Assembly (NCBI GenBank): GCA_040751795.1
Contig: JBFMHR010000001.1
Location: 424,722 to 488,721 of the forward strand
Source of the DNA: Thermoplasmatota archaeon
Lineage (GTDB): Archaea > Thermoplasmatota > Thermoplasmata > UBA10834
DNA length: 64,000 nt
Reading direction: 5' to 3'
Numbering within the stretch: position 1 is the first letter of the stretch; each line of letters starts with the position of its first letter. The notes under the pieces are model-generated. The model saw only the letters and a program-made list of their open reading frames with translations, had not been told where the DNA came from and made no database searches. The translations under genes and the position numbers were made by a program. Below, in pieces: positions 1-9,457 of this stretch.

Positions 1-2
1 AT

Positions 3-1517
3 ACATATGACTCATACGGCAACCGCAAGACCATGACAAGGGAATCGACCACTACGACTTACAGCTACGACGAGTACATGCGCCTCAGGCAAGCAGTCAC
101 TGGAACCTCTGTCAAGACCTTCACATATGATAGCGTGAGGGGGAACCTTGCCACAAAGGCAGACACGTCTGCGAGTTATGAGTTCCATTACGACGCCGAC
201 GACAGAATGTACCTGCTACTGCAGAATGGTGGAGTCGCAGGGTACTATACGTACGACGCCTTCGGACGCAGGGCGAAGGTCATTGAAGGAGATGTGACTG
301 AGACCACCATCTACGCCGGGTCGGCACCCCTCGTCACGATAAGCGGAAGCGGCAATAAGATCACGAAGACCCTCCACGCATACGCCAATGGAATCCATAT
401 AGCCAAGTATGTGTCAAAATACGTCTACTACTATCACCAGGATGAAGTAGGCAGTGTACGGCTTGTGACAGACAAGTTCGGTGCGGTCGTATTCGATACG
501 GATTACCTGCCGTTCGGTGAGTTATTCATGCCGGATGGGCAGGAGGACTTCCTGTTCGTGGACGGCCGAGCCTCCAAGTATGCGGGGCTGATAAGTCTAG
601 GTGCCAGATACTACGACCCCGACGCAGGCAGGTTTACGACACCTGACAAGGTCGTCGGCGCCCTGCCTACTCCCATCACCATGAACAGATGGGTATACTG
701 TCACAATGACCCGATAAACAAGGTGGACGCGTCTGGGATGTGGCCGTGGGACAATATAGTGAACACCATAGTTGATGGAGCCATTGACTTACTCGACGCC
801 GGGGCGAACCTCGTGGGTGATGCAATTGAGTTCGTTGCGGACGTCGTCGTGGAGACGGTGGAGACGGCCATTGAAGTGATCGAGACAGCTGTCGATGTCG
901 CCGTTGCATTGGTGGTCGAAGTCGTAGAGGCGGTCAAAACGGTCGCTGAGATCGTCGTCGCGGGCTGCGAGGCGATCAAGGTTGCCTGGGACAACCTTGA
1001 CCCAGGGCTGAAGCAATGGATTGTCATGGGCTTGTCCATAGCGGCTTCAATCGCCCTTCCAGGGATAGGAGGCGTCCTTGTCAGCTGCCTGATTGACGGT
1101 ACGTTCATCGACATGGTAACGGCAATAAGCACTGGGGATTGGGCCATGCTCGGCATGTGCGCATTGGCGTTCATACCGGGTGGGAAGGCGCTGAAGGGAT
1201 TGAAGGGTCTTGGTGGGCTTGGAGACGTCGCGAAGGTTGGCAAGAAAGCGCCGAAGCGAGTCGCGGTCATTGGTGAGACTCAGGCACGAGTCGACGCAGC
1301 TGCCGCGAAATATGGTGGTGAAACCATGCCGAAACTACCTCCGGGGAATAGAATGGCAGAAAACCGTGCCTGGATAAACTCCAAGATGGATGAAGGATAT
1401 ATCATTGTGGACATTGGGCTGGACCCGAATAAGGCTCGACGTGGGTCTTACTATGCAATGGAATTGCATGAGATACTCGTATCGAGGAATTATCAACGAT
1501 ACTATCCGGTCCCCTAG
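3..1517 (+). CDS. RHS/YD-repeat polymorphic toxin, 5'-truncated by the window edge
   Basis: Frame is open from base 3 (TYDSYGNRKTM). YD repeats (YSYDEYMRL, YTYDAFGRR). RHS core YYYHQDEVGSVRLVTD...YLPFGE...LGARYYDPDAGRFTTPD...NRWVYCHNDPINKVDASG, followed by a variable C-terminal region. Confidence 0.92.
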   Translation, partial: TYDSYGNRKTMTRESTTTTYSYDEYMRLRQAVTGTSVKTFTYDSVRGNLATKADTSASYEFHYDADDRMYLLLQNGGVAGYYTYDAFGRRAKVIEGDVTETTIYAGSAPLVTISGSGNKITKTLHAYANGIHIAKYVSKYVYYYHQDEVGSVRLVTDKFGAVVFDTDYLPFGELFMPDGQEDFLFVDGRASKYAGLISLGARYYDPDAGRFTTPDKVVGALPTPITMNRWVYCHNDPINKVDASGMWPWDNIVNTIVDGAIDLLDAGANLVGDAIEFVADVVVETVETAIEVIETAVDVAVALVVEVVEAVKTVAEIVVAGCEAIKVAWDNLDPGLKQWIVMGLSIAASIALPGIGGVLVSCLIDGTFIDMVTAISTGDWAMLGMCALAFIPGGKALKGLKGLGGLGDVAKVGKKAPKRVAVIGETQARVDAAAAKYGGETMPKLPPGNRMAENRAWINSKMDEGYIIVDIGLDPNKARRGSYYAMELHEILVSRNYQRYYPVP

Positions 1518-1544
1518 CCCAAGTTCCCTGGAGGTCTTTGGCAA

Positions 1545-2108
1545 ATGCCCATTAAACTCAGACAGGAAGGCAGGCTCTGGATGGCTGAGGTCACCCCACC
1601 CCATGGCTGTTGGCAATCGCCCAGACCGATGATGGTTGGCGACTTGACTGAAGCATTGGCAGCTATTGGATGCCGACGAGAAGACATTGACCTTGCGCTA
1701 CGAGAGACATACATGATTAAGCGAGAACAGGACGAGGATGATCGGATTCTGCCAAAACTGCGGCAGGCTCTCGATGGAACATACGCGGTGCCCCCCCAGG
1801 AGCCAGGCGAAGAGGGCATCATAGCTTACATCCTGTTCGAACGAGAGTCTCCGCTGACTCTCTGGGAGATTTCCGACGCTTACGACTACTTGAACCGTGT
1901 GGGCTTAACCGCAGATGTTCTGGCTTGGGCGTTCGTGCGATTGAATGCGAGAGGATGGCTTGCTGAGCACGGCACTCTTTTCGGACTCACGACGGATGGT
2001 CGAAAGACCGTCACGCAGATTGTGGGCGAAGGTCGTATAGAGGACAAAATAGGCCGTCTGGTGGAATGGACCCAAGCCAACCACCTCGCCATAGATACGA
2101 GGGCATGA
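1545..2108 (+). CDS. Putative immunity protein for the RHS toxin
   Basis: 27 bp downstream of the toxin stop, GGAGG SD, same lower-GC composition. Function inferred from position only. Confidence 0.6.
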   Translation: MPIKLRQEGRLWMAEVTPPHGCWQSPRPMMVGDLTEALAAIGCRREDIDLALRETYMIKREQDEDDRILPKLRQALDGTYAVPPQEPGEEGIIAYILFERESPLTLWEISDAYDYLNRVGLTADVLAWAFVRLNARGWLAEHGTLFGLTTDGRKTVTQIVGEGRIEDKIGRLVEWTQANHLAIDTRA

Positions 2109-2592
2109 CTCAATCCACCGTGAGAAGGAGCCATGGGGACGGAGAGAAGAGACAAGGAGCTGACTGAGGTGGAGTCACCTCCTCCTTCCCTTCATCCTAA
2201 TTGAAACACCCACTCAGACTATCCCCACTGCCAAAGAACTCCACTTCGAGTAACCGAGCTCTCGCCCTTGATCACCAGCGAATTCTGACTCGATTTCAGG
2301 GTCCTTGCGCATTTTAATTCCGGGAAGACAATTTATGCTCAAGGGGGAACACACTCTCCCTCGGAGAAGAGGCTGTATGGGCGGACCAAGAACGAGCCGG
2401 CATCCCCACGAGAAGAGAGCGATGAAGAAGCTCATATCCTGGCACAACAGACTTCTGATTGAGATTCTGCCAGTCAATGCACTCCAGAGTCCGCTCCCTG
2501 CACACTGCATAGATGCGCTCACTCGGAAGAGTAGCTTTTTAGCCGTCGAAGAGGATAGAGAGCCCGGAGAAAGACGCGCACGCGTGCTCCCG

Positions 2593-2805
2593 GTGGTTCA
2601 GTTGGACGAACGATCATCTAGATTCGCCTTCAAGCTGGTGCCCTTCGTGGCCCTCCTCGTCGCAGGGGTCATACTGCTGGTGTTCGCCTCGACGACCATC
2701 TGGGCGGAAGGAGAGACCGTATTCTACCTTCCCCTAGGTATCCCGGGAATCGTGGCGGTCCTGGCAGGAGCCATAGGCATATCCCTGGTCGCGCTCGCGA
2801 GATGA
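2593..2805 (+). CDS. Small 2-TM membrane protein (start uncertain)
   Basis: 3' part of ORF 2305-2805 has two hydrophobic helices (LVPFVALLVAGVILLVFA; LPLGIPGIVAVLAGAIGISLVAL). Confidence 0.55.
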   Translation: MVQLDERSSRFAFKLVPFVALLVAGVILLVFASTTIWAEGETVFYLPLGIPGIVAVLAGAIGISLVALAR

Positions 2806-2898
2806 GCATCTCCCAAAGAGACCTCCGTGCCGGAGGGCCTCCTTCCGCCGCAGAAAATCTATCTGTCAAGAACCGCATCGTCAGGCGGGTGCAGCCCG

Positions 2899-3159
2899 AT
2901 GACACATGCGGACAAGAAGGTAGTACCGAGGAAGAGGCTGATGCGCTTCACGGAGTTCTTCATCGTCGGCCTGATGATGGGCATCTCGGAGGACCTGATG
3001 GCGATATACTTCGCCACGGGGGAGACGATCACCATCCAAATCGTCGTCATAGCGTCCGCCGTATCGCTGCCGTTCGCGTTCTTCAGCGAGATGGTCGTGG
3101 ACCACCCCGACTTCTGGCCCCACGTCCTGGGGAAGCTGAGGGCAAGGGCGGACCACTGA
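2899..3159 (+). CDS. Small membrane protein
   Basis: MTHADKK...RFTEFFIVGLMMGISEDLMAIYF...; two hydrophobic segments; coding-like GC3 bias. Confidence 0.7.
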   Translation: MTHADKKVVPRKRLMRFTEFFIVGLMMGISEDLMAIYFATGETITIQIVVIASAVSLPFAFFSEMVVDHPDFWPHVLGKLRARADH

Positions 3160-3292
3160 CCGCCTGGGAGCGGAGAATACCCCAAGGCGGGCGGGGCTTG
3201 CGCATCCCATATGATGCATGCTAGCCGGGCTGTGTGAGAAGTCTTTAACCCGTCGGGTGCGATTCGGTGATGGAGGAACTGGAGGTTTGGAT

Positions 3293-3616
3293 TTGCGAAC
3301 CAAGGCGGACCGCACACGAGACGCGAATGTCTTTCTCCTCGTGGGTCTGCTAGTCATGGGACTAGGGGCCATGCCCCTCATCAACGGCCTCTACGGATAC
3401 TGTGTCATCGTGCCAGCGATCGAAGAATCGGGCGACGCCGTCAGTGATGCTGCGGCAGAGATGGGGATAGACGAGGTCCCGGCCCTCTCGGCCGACAGGC
3501 CTGCCCTGCTCTTCGCGGTCATGATCCTGACAGGCATCTGCATGGTCGCCAGCGGGGCGGCGCTGCTGTCCGTCGGACTGCTGAGGAGAAGGAGATGCGC
3601 TGAGGAAAGGCCTTAG
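3293..3616 (+). CDS. 2-TM membrane protein
   Basis: TTG start after GGAGG at 3281; two TM helices; basic tail RRRR. Confidence 0.65.
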   Translation: MRTKADRTRDANVFLLVGLLVMGLGAMPLINGLYGYCVIVPAIEESGDAVSDAAAEMGIDEVPALSADRPALLFAVMILTGICMVASGAALLSVGLLRRRRCAEERP

Positions 3617-3655
3617 AGCCAGAAGGACGATAGGGGTCCTCCGAGGTTCGGCTCC

Positions 3656-3862
3656 ATGGCAGGGATGAAAGGGATCGTCATAATGGTCCTCATCTTCTTC
3701 TCGGTGATCGCACTCATGCAGTCCCTGCTGACGCTGCTGTCGAGCATCTACCCAGTCGGTGCACGCGAATCGGCCAACAGCGTCGCCCTGTTCGCCATGG
3801 GCGCAGGCTTCCTCGCCACCAGCATATTCGTGTGGAAGAAGTGGGAGGAGGACGGGGCCTAG
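3656..3862 (+). CDS. Small 2-TM membrane protein
   Basis: GAGG SD; 68 aa with two hydrophobic helices. Confidence 0.65.
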   Translation: MAGMKGIVIMVLIFFSVIALMQSLLTLLSSIYPVGARESANSVALFAMGAGFLATSIFVWKKWEEDGA

Positions 3863-3885
3863 GCCATGGACCGAGGAGCCGGGAC

Positions 3886-5133
3886 CTACCATCTCCGCTG
3901 ACGGTGTCTCTCGCCCTGCCGGGGGTGGGCCGGCCGCCTCTGGCCCCTCGGCTGCTTCGGCGCAGGCCTCGCTGCGGCGCCCACCGCGTCCCGCGCCGCG
4001 TCGGAGTGGAACTTGTGGGGCATCACCTCGATCCTCATCCTTATGAGCGCCTCGATCTCCCTCAGCGCGTCCCGCTCGTGGGCCGCGCACAGGGAGTAGG
4101 CGGTGCCCTCCGCCCCCGCCCTCGCCGTCCGGCCGATCCTGTGGACGTAGTTGTCGACCTGGTCCACGGGCAGGTCGTAGTTTATCACATGGGATATGTC
4201 GTCGACGTCGATGCCCCTCGCGGCGATGTCCGTCGCGACAAGCACCCTCGCGTGCCCCGACTTGAAGTCCTCCAGCGCCCTCGTCCTCTGCCCCTGGGAC
4301 TTGTTCCCGTGTATGGCGTCGGCCCGGATGCGGTGGTAGGACAGCATGTCGGCGACCTTGTTGGCCCTCCTCTTCGTCCTCGTGAACACCAGCACGCACC
4401 TCAGGTCCTGCCGCCTCAGAAACTCCAGCAGGACCGCGTCCTTGTTCCTGTCGTCCACGAAGAGGACCTTCTGCTGCACAAGCTTCACCGTGGTCGCCTG
4501 CGGGGCGACCTCCACCCGCACGGGGTGGCGGAGCAGCGTCTTGGCGAGCTCGCTTATCTTCGGAGGCATCGTCGCCGAGAAGAACACCGAGTGCCTGTGC
4601 GCCGGCAGCCTCGCGATGACCTTCTTGACGTCGTTTATGAAGCCCATGTCGAGCATCCTGTCGACCTCGTCCAGGACCAGGAACTCCAGGTCGTTCAGCT
4701 TCACGTGGCCCTGGTTCATCAGGTCCAGCAACCTGCCGGGCGTGGCGACGAGGACTTCGACGCCTCCGGAGAGCGCCCTGACCTGGGGGCCCTGGCCGAC
4801 GCCGCCGAATATCACGGTGTGCCTGAACCTCATGAACGAGCCGTAGGTGGCGAAGCTCTCGTCTATCTGCGCGGCGAGCTCCCTCGTCGGCGCGAGGACC
4901 AGGGTCCTCGGGGACTTGGGGGATATGCGCTTGGGCGCCTGCGACATCAGCTGCAGCAGGGGCAGGACGAACGCGGCGGTCTTCCCCGTGCCCGTCTGCG
5001 CGATCCCGACCACGTCCTTGCCCTGCAGGATATGGGGGATGGCCTGCTCCTGTATCGGTGTCGGTGCCGTATAGCCCTGCTTCGCGACCGCCTCTAGCAG
5101 AGGCGGTATGAGCTTGAGATCCTTGAACTCCAT
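3886..5133 (-). CDS. rhlE: DEAD-box RNA helicase, RhlE-like
   Basis: Q motif GYTAPTPIQ, AQTGTGKT, PTRELA, TPGRLLD, DEVD (variant of DEAD), SAT, ARGID, YVHRIGRTAR; basic tail. Confidence 0.93.
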   Translation of the reverse strand: MEFKDLKLIPPLLEAVAKQGYTAPTPIQEQAIPHILQGKDVVGIAQTGTGKTAAFVLPLLQLMSQAPKRISPKSPRTLVLAPTRELAAQIDESFATYGSFMRFRHTVIFGGVGQGPQVRALSGGVEVLVATPGRLLDLMNQGHVKLNDLEFLVLDEVDRMLDMGFINDVKKVIARLPAHRHSVFFSATMPPKISELAKTLLRHPVRVEVAPQATTVKLVQQKVLFVDDRNKDAVLLEFLRRQDLRCVLVFTRTKRRANKVADMLSYHRIRADAIHGNKSQGQRTRALEDFKSGHARVLVATDIAARGIDVDDISHVINYDLPVDQVDNYVHRIGRTARAGAEGTAYSLCAAHERDALREIEALIRMRIEVMPHKFHSDAARDAVGAAARPAPKQPRGQRRPAHPRQGERHRQRRW

Positions 5134-5327
5134 CTGTCCATCTCTCCGGCGGCCATCCCCGAAGGGGATGATAAAGGGTTGGCCCTGACAAGATGAGCGG
5201 GTGCCCGCTGATGGGGTGCGCCGTGATCATACCCCTTCCGCGGACGCCCGCCGGCGGCCAGGGCCCGGCCTGAGCGCATCGCTCCCGAATGGCCTTACGG
5301 GAGTCGGCGGGGCCTTCGTCCCGGCGA

Positions 5328-6110
5328 CTATGCCGGCGCGAGCTCGAAGCTCTTCAGGACGAACGTCGCCTCTCCCTGCGACAAGGCGACCCCGCTCGTG
5401 ACGCTGTCCGTGCGGCCGAACGACAGGCCGATTTCGTGGATGTCCGCGAGGGCGGCCTCGAACACGCTTGGGTCATAGGTCCCGCTGTGGGGGACCCAGT
5501 CCTCCATGACGAGTACCGCCTTGAGCGTGATTTCATCGTTGAGCGCTATCGAGTCTGTGACGTCCACAAACGACGTCAGGATCACGTGCGCCTCGGAGAA
5601 CCAGAGGTCCGAGAACTCATAGGATCCACCGGTCGTCGTGAAGTGCAGGCAGACCTGAGTCCAATCATCGGTCCGCCTCGCCTCGAACACAGGCGCGTCG
5701 TTGGGGTCGCCCCTGATCTCGAACACGACCTCGATCGTCGCACCGACGGACAGGCTGCCCTCCCACACGTTGTCCAGGTACACGGTGAACCATTCGTCAT
5801 CCGCGTCGTTGAACTCGAACTCGATGTACCCCTCATCGTTGAGGGACGGGAACCTGTAGTCCCAGTAGTAGACCGGATACAGCGTGTTCGGGTTCATCGG
5901 GTTGAAGTCCAAGGACACGTCCTTGACCTTCCAGTTCACCGCGTTCTCCTCCACCAGGTCCGAGAACGTCTGTCCGCTCGCGAACATCGCGACTCCCATG
6001 ACGGAGCCGCTCAGCAGCAGCGCCATCACGCACACTCCCACGAAGACCCCGTAGGCTCCGGCCCTCCTCTCTGGGGCCGGCGGGCTCTTCAGCTTCCTGT
6101 ACTTTGTCAT
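5328..6110 (-). CDS. Membrane-anchored or secreted acidic hypothetical protein
   Basis: N-terminal basic stretch plus TM (VFVGVCVMALLLSGSVMGVAMFA), then an acidic beta-rich domain. Confidence 0.7.
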   Translation of the reverse strand: MTKYRKLKSPPAPERRAGAYGVFVGVCVMALLLSGSVMGVAMFASGQTFSDLVEENAVNWKVKDVSLDFNPMNPNTLYPVYYWDYRFPSLNDEGYIEFEFNDADDEWFTVYLDNVWEGSLSVGATIEVVFEIRGDPNDAPVFEARRTDDWTQVCLHFTTTGGSYEFSDLWFSEAHVILTSFVDVTDSIALNDEITLKAVLVMEDWVPHSGTYDPSVFEAALADIHEIGLSFGRTDSVTSGVALSQGEATFVLKSFELAPA

Positions 6111-6361
6111 GCCTGCTTCACACTCCTCCGGACGCCCCTGGGGCCCTTCCCCCGGGGATCCGAGTGGGACGCGGCGGCCTGGAGAGAGGCCTCTGAGAAG
6201 CATGCAACTCGCTCAGCGACCCCGACTCGCCGGCTGCCAATTCCCCCGCCCACTGACCTGGCGCGCTCGCCAGGACCGTCATCGAATCCACTCCCCCCTA
6301 TTTAGCGTCTGCGTGGTATCGTCGGGTGGGAGACGGTCTAGGGGAGCCCTCCCGCTGAGAA

Positions 6362-6411
6362 GGGGATGAAAATCCACCGGCGGGGGGGACTCGCCGTCCC
6401 CCCCCGCCGGT
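6362..6411 (-). terminator. GC-rich hairpin plus U-rich tract after the clostripain gene
   Basis: accggcgggggggac/gtccccccccgccggt inverted repeat (6376-6411, one bulge), followed on the minus strand by ggattttcatcccctt. Confidence 0.6.
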
Positions 6412-6424
6412 TGAGGTTTGCCCG

Positions 6425-7582
6425 TCAGGCGTGGTACGCGTCGATGAAGTCCGCCCAGCCGGTGTCGGCCCCGAACGCCATCAGCCTGTACGCGCCCTCG
6501 TCGTAGTACCAGTCGTTGTACGTCGCCCAGTAGAAGGAGACGCCCCTGCAGTCCGCCATCTTGGGCCCTCCCCAGCACTTGACGACGTAGGAGAGGAGCG
6601 AGGACTGCATGTCCGCCGTGGCGGTCCTGAGCTGCGTGTCCGTCACGCCCTTCGTGGCCAGCAGGTGGTACCCGAGGTCGTAGAGGTCCAGGAAGGCGGG
6701 CACGGCGGTCATGTAGTGCGTCGCCTTCACCGCCGCCGCGTAGTATGCCTCGTACGTCGGCAGCAGGTACGTCATCCTTGCGGACCAGGCCGTGAACGTC
6801 CCTATGGTCGCCTTCAGCTGGGGGATGTCGATCGAGGCCATGGTCATCTTGCCGCCGTTGGTGTTGGTGTAGTGGGCTGCGTACGCGTCCACCATCACGA
6901 TCGAGAGGTCCCTCGGCAGCATCGTCGGATTGTTCACGAGGGGGGTGAGCACCGTCGTCAGCGGGATGCCGTCCCCCGCCTCGTACTCCTCCGACGCGAC
7001 CATGTACTGGACCAGGTCCGTCTTCGAGACCTGGTACCCGACCTCGATCATGTTCATGTTGCAGGCGTCCATGGCCAGGACGTCTATCGTGTCACCCGCG
7101 TTGGCTATGGCGCTCTGGAGCTCGGGCATGTCTATCGAGCTGGCCGAGGTGTCGTCCGAGCAGATGTAGTGCCACCCGAAGCCGTGGTCCCACAGCATCA
7201 GGGCGAAGTACGTCGACGGCCACAGCGTCGTCGCCCGGTCGATCCACCAGGTCAGGGCCGCGGCGCTGCCCGAGTCCATCTCCGGGTGCGTCTCCACAAC
7301 GGTCACGGTGCTCCCCGAGACCTTGACTATCTCGATCGTCGAGGTCGTCTTCAGGTCCTTGAAGGCGACCAGGTTGACCTGGTCGCTCGGCGGCACGGCC
7401 TGGAGGAACGGCAGCGTCGTCGAAGCCCAGTAGTTCTCCAGGGAGTTGTCCCCCGCGACATAGATCGCGTAGGTCCAAGATGCGGTCGTCTCGGCACTTC
7501 CGGCCGGCGCCATCAGCAGAATGCCAGGCACCAGCAGGATGGCCGCCATCGCCATGCTCAAAACATACTTTCTCATGTCCAT
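6425..7582 (-). CDS. Secreted clostripain-like cysteine peptidase (C11), copy 1
   Basis: Signal peptide; WTYAIYVAGDNSLE, LWDHGFGW (His), DACNM (Cys), VASEE. Confidence 0.88.
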   Translation of the reverse strand: MDMRKYVLSMAMAAILLVPGILLMAPAGSAETTASWTYAIYVAGDNSLENYWASTTLPFLQAVPPSDQVNLVAFKDLKTTSTIEIVKVSGSTVTVVETHPEMDSGSAAALTWWIDRATTLWPSTYFALMLWDHGFGWHYICSDDTSASSIDMPELQSAIANAGDTIDVLAMDACNMNMIEVGYQVSKTDLVQYMVASEEYEAGDGIPLTTVLTPLVNNPTMLPRDLSIVMVDAYAAHYTNTNGGKMTMASIDIPQLKATIGTFTAWSARMTYLLPTYEAYYAAAVKATHYMTAVPAFLDLYDLGYHLLATKGVTDTQLRTATADMQSSLLSYVVKCWGGPKMADCRGVSFYWATYNDWYYDEGAYRLMAFGADTGWADFIDAYHA

Positions 7583-7735
7583 TATGCCCCACTGTCCCGT
7601 AGAAACCCACCTGCGCGGGTCCCCACCGATGGGCGCATCGTTCTAGGCGCATAAGAACCCGACGGACGCCCCCGCGCCGCGATAGTGTAATATCGGCCGT
7701 CGGGAATCCCGGCCTGGAGCAGGGAGGGACCTGGC

Positions 7736-8215
7736 ATGACGCGCGTGACGGTGATATACGATTCGAGGACCGGGAACACGGAGAAGATGGCGAAGGCGGT
7801 CGCCAAGGGCGCCGGGAAGGCCAGGGGCACGGAGGTCGTGCTGCTGAAGGTCGACAAGGCGAAGCTCAGCGACCTCACCGCCTCGGACGGCATCGTGATG
7901 GGCTCCCCGACGTACTACGGGAACATGTCGGGGAAGATGAAGGAGTTCATAGACCGGTCCAACGCCGTGCACGGGAAGCTGGCCGGGAAGGCCGGCGGCG
8001 CGTTCACGAGCTCCGGGGACACGGCCTGCGGGGCGGAGACGACCCTCCTCTCGATCCTCGAGGCGATGATGATCCACGGGATGGTCGTCCAGGGCAGGTG
8101 CGAGAACAAGCACTACGGCCCGACCGCGGTCGAGGCGCCGAACAAGGACGAGCTGGCGCTCTGCGAGGACCTCGGGGAGAGGGTCGCGAGGCTCGCCTCG
8201 GCCCTCCGGGGATGA
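7736..8215 (+). CDS. Flavodoxin-fold NAD(P)H:quinone oxidoreductase (WrbA-like)
   Basis: YDSRTGNTEKMA FMN loop, GSPTYYGNMS, GKAGGAFTSSG. Confidence 0.88.
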   Translation: MTRVTVIYDSRTGNTEKMAKAVAKGAGKARGTEVVLLKVDKAKLSDLTASDGIVMGSPTYYGNMSGKMKEFIDRSNAVHGKLAGKAGGAFTSSGDTACGAETTLLSILEAMMIHGMVVQGRCENKHYGPTAVEAPNKDELALCEDLGERVARLASALRG

Positions 8216-8231
8216 TGCGGAGGAGACCACC

Positions 8232-8729
8232 ATGAAGCCGGTGCTGCTCGTGATAGACGTCCAGAACTTCGTCCTGGACATGTACCCCGGATACTCCGAC
8301 TCGGTGAAGAAGCACGCGAAGACGATGAACGACGCGATAGCGCTGTTCAGGGCGAAGGGGCTGCCCCTCGTGGTCGTGTACCACGAGGACAGGGAGCTAG
8401 GCCCCAGGCCCGGGACTAGGGCGTTCGCGTTCCACGAGTCCATCGACGTGAGGGACTCGGACCCCAGGGTGGTCAAGAACTACCCCAACGGGTTCAACAA
8501 GACATCTTTGGCCGATACGCTGAAGGGGATGGGCTGCGACACGGTGTTCATCGTGGGGCTGAGCGCGGTGGGGTGCGCCATGGCGACCTACCACGGCGCG
8601 ATAGACCTCGACCTGGAGCCCTACTTCGTGCAGGACGGGGTCGCCGCCGACACCGAGGAGCACGTCCGGATGGCGGAGGAGATCTGCAGGACCATAAATA
8701 TGGACGAGCTGGGCCGGAAGCTGGGCTGA
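8232..8729 (+). CDS. Isochorismatase-family cysteine hydrolase
   Basis: LLVIDVQN, KNYPNGFNKT, GLSAVGCA (Asp-Lys-Cys triad). Confidence 0.88.
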   Translation: MKPVLLVIDVQNFVLDMYPGYSDSVKKHAKTMNDAIALFRAKGLPLVVVYHEDRELGPRPGTRAFAFHESIDVRDSDPRVVKNYPNGFNKTSLADTLKGMGCDTVFIVGLSAVGCAMATYHGAIDLDLEPYFVQDGVAADTEEHVRMAEEICRTINMDELGRKLG

Positions 8730-8748
8730 GGCGCTGGGCCGGGCCGGC

Positions 8749-9453
8749 TCAGTCCGGCGGAGGCGGCGGAGGCTCCTCTTCCGCGACCGCACTCGGCGCC
8801 TGCTGCGGCGGCGCAGCATAGGCGGGGTACGCGGGACCCGGCGCCGGGCCGCTCGCGGGGACCGGCCCCGCTGGCACCGCCATCATCTCGAGGTTCGGAG
8901 GGCACATTATCCTCATGCCCGCCTTCAGGCCGCGGTTGTTCACAGCGATGGCGGCCTTCATCCTCGGGACGCAGACCACGCTCGTCGGCTGGCCCTCGGC
9001 GATCAGGCCCTCGAGGCCCCTCATCTGGATGATGGATACCGGCCCGACGGTCCAGGTCAGGCCCTTGCCCCTCGTCATGCTCCTGTACGCCGGGGCGAGG
9101 ACCTCCACCACGGTGCCGTCCGCCAGGGTCTGCGCGAGCTTCCTCCTGAGCACGACGGCGTTCACGGACATCCCGACGGCCACGAGCCCGAAGACGATCA
9201 TGAACACCGAGAGCACCGTCGACAGGGTGTCGTAGGTGATCGCATCGGTGATGAGCGACGGGAGCACGTAGGTGCTCAGTATGAACATCAGGAGGCACCC
9301 CACGGCTATCGCCCTGAGCCCGTTCTGCAGGACCCTGTAGAACCTGCCGGGGAGCGCCCTCTCCGCGTCCGTCAGCGGCCTCCTGACGATCTGCATGTTG
9401 AATGCCGGCGCCTGGTAGCCGGGGTACTGCTGCGGGTAGTTCATCGAGTTCAT
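8749..9453 (-). CDS. Hypothetical 2-TM protein with Pro-rich tails
   Basis: Two TM helices; P/Q/Y-rich N-terminus; PPPPPP C-terminus; 4 bp from the upstream gene. Confidence 0.75.
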   Translation of the reverse strand: MNSMNYPQQYPGYQAPAFNMQIVRRPLTDAERALPGRFYRVLQNGLRAIAVGCLLMFILSTYVLPSLITDAITYDTLSTVLSVFMIVFGLVAVGMSVNAVVLRRKLAQTLADGTVVEVLAPAYRSMTRGKGLTWTVGPVSIIQMRGLEGLIAEGQPTSVVCVPRMKAAIAVNNRGLKAGMRIMCPPNLEMMAVPAGPVPASGPAPGPAYPAYAAPPQQAPSAVAEEEPPPPPPD

Positions 9454-9457
9454 CCCC

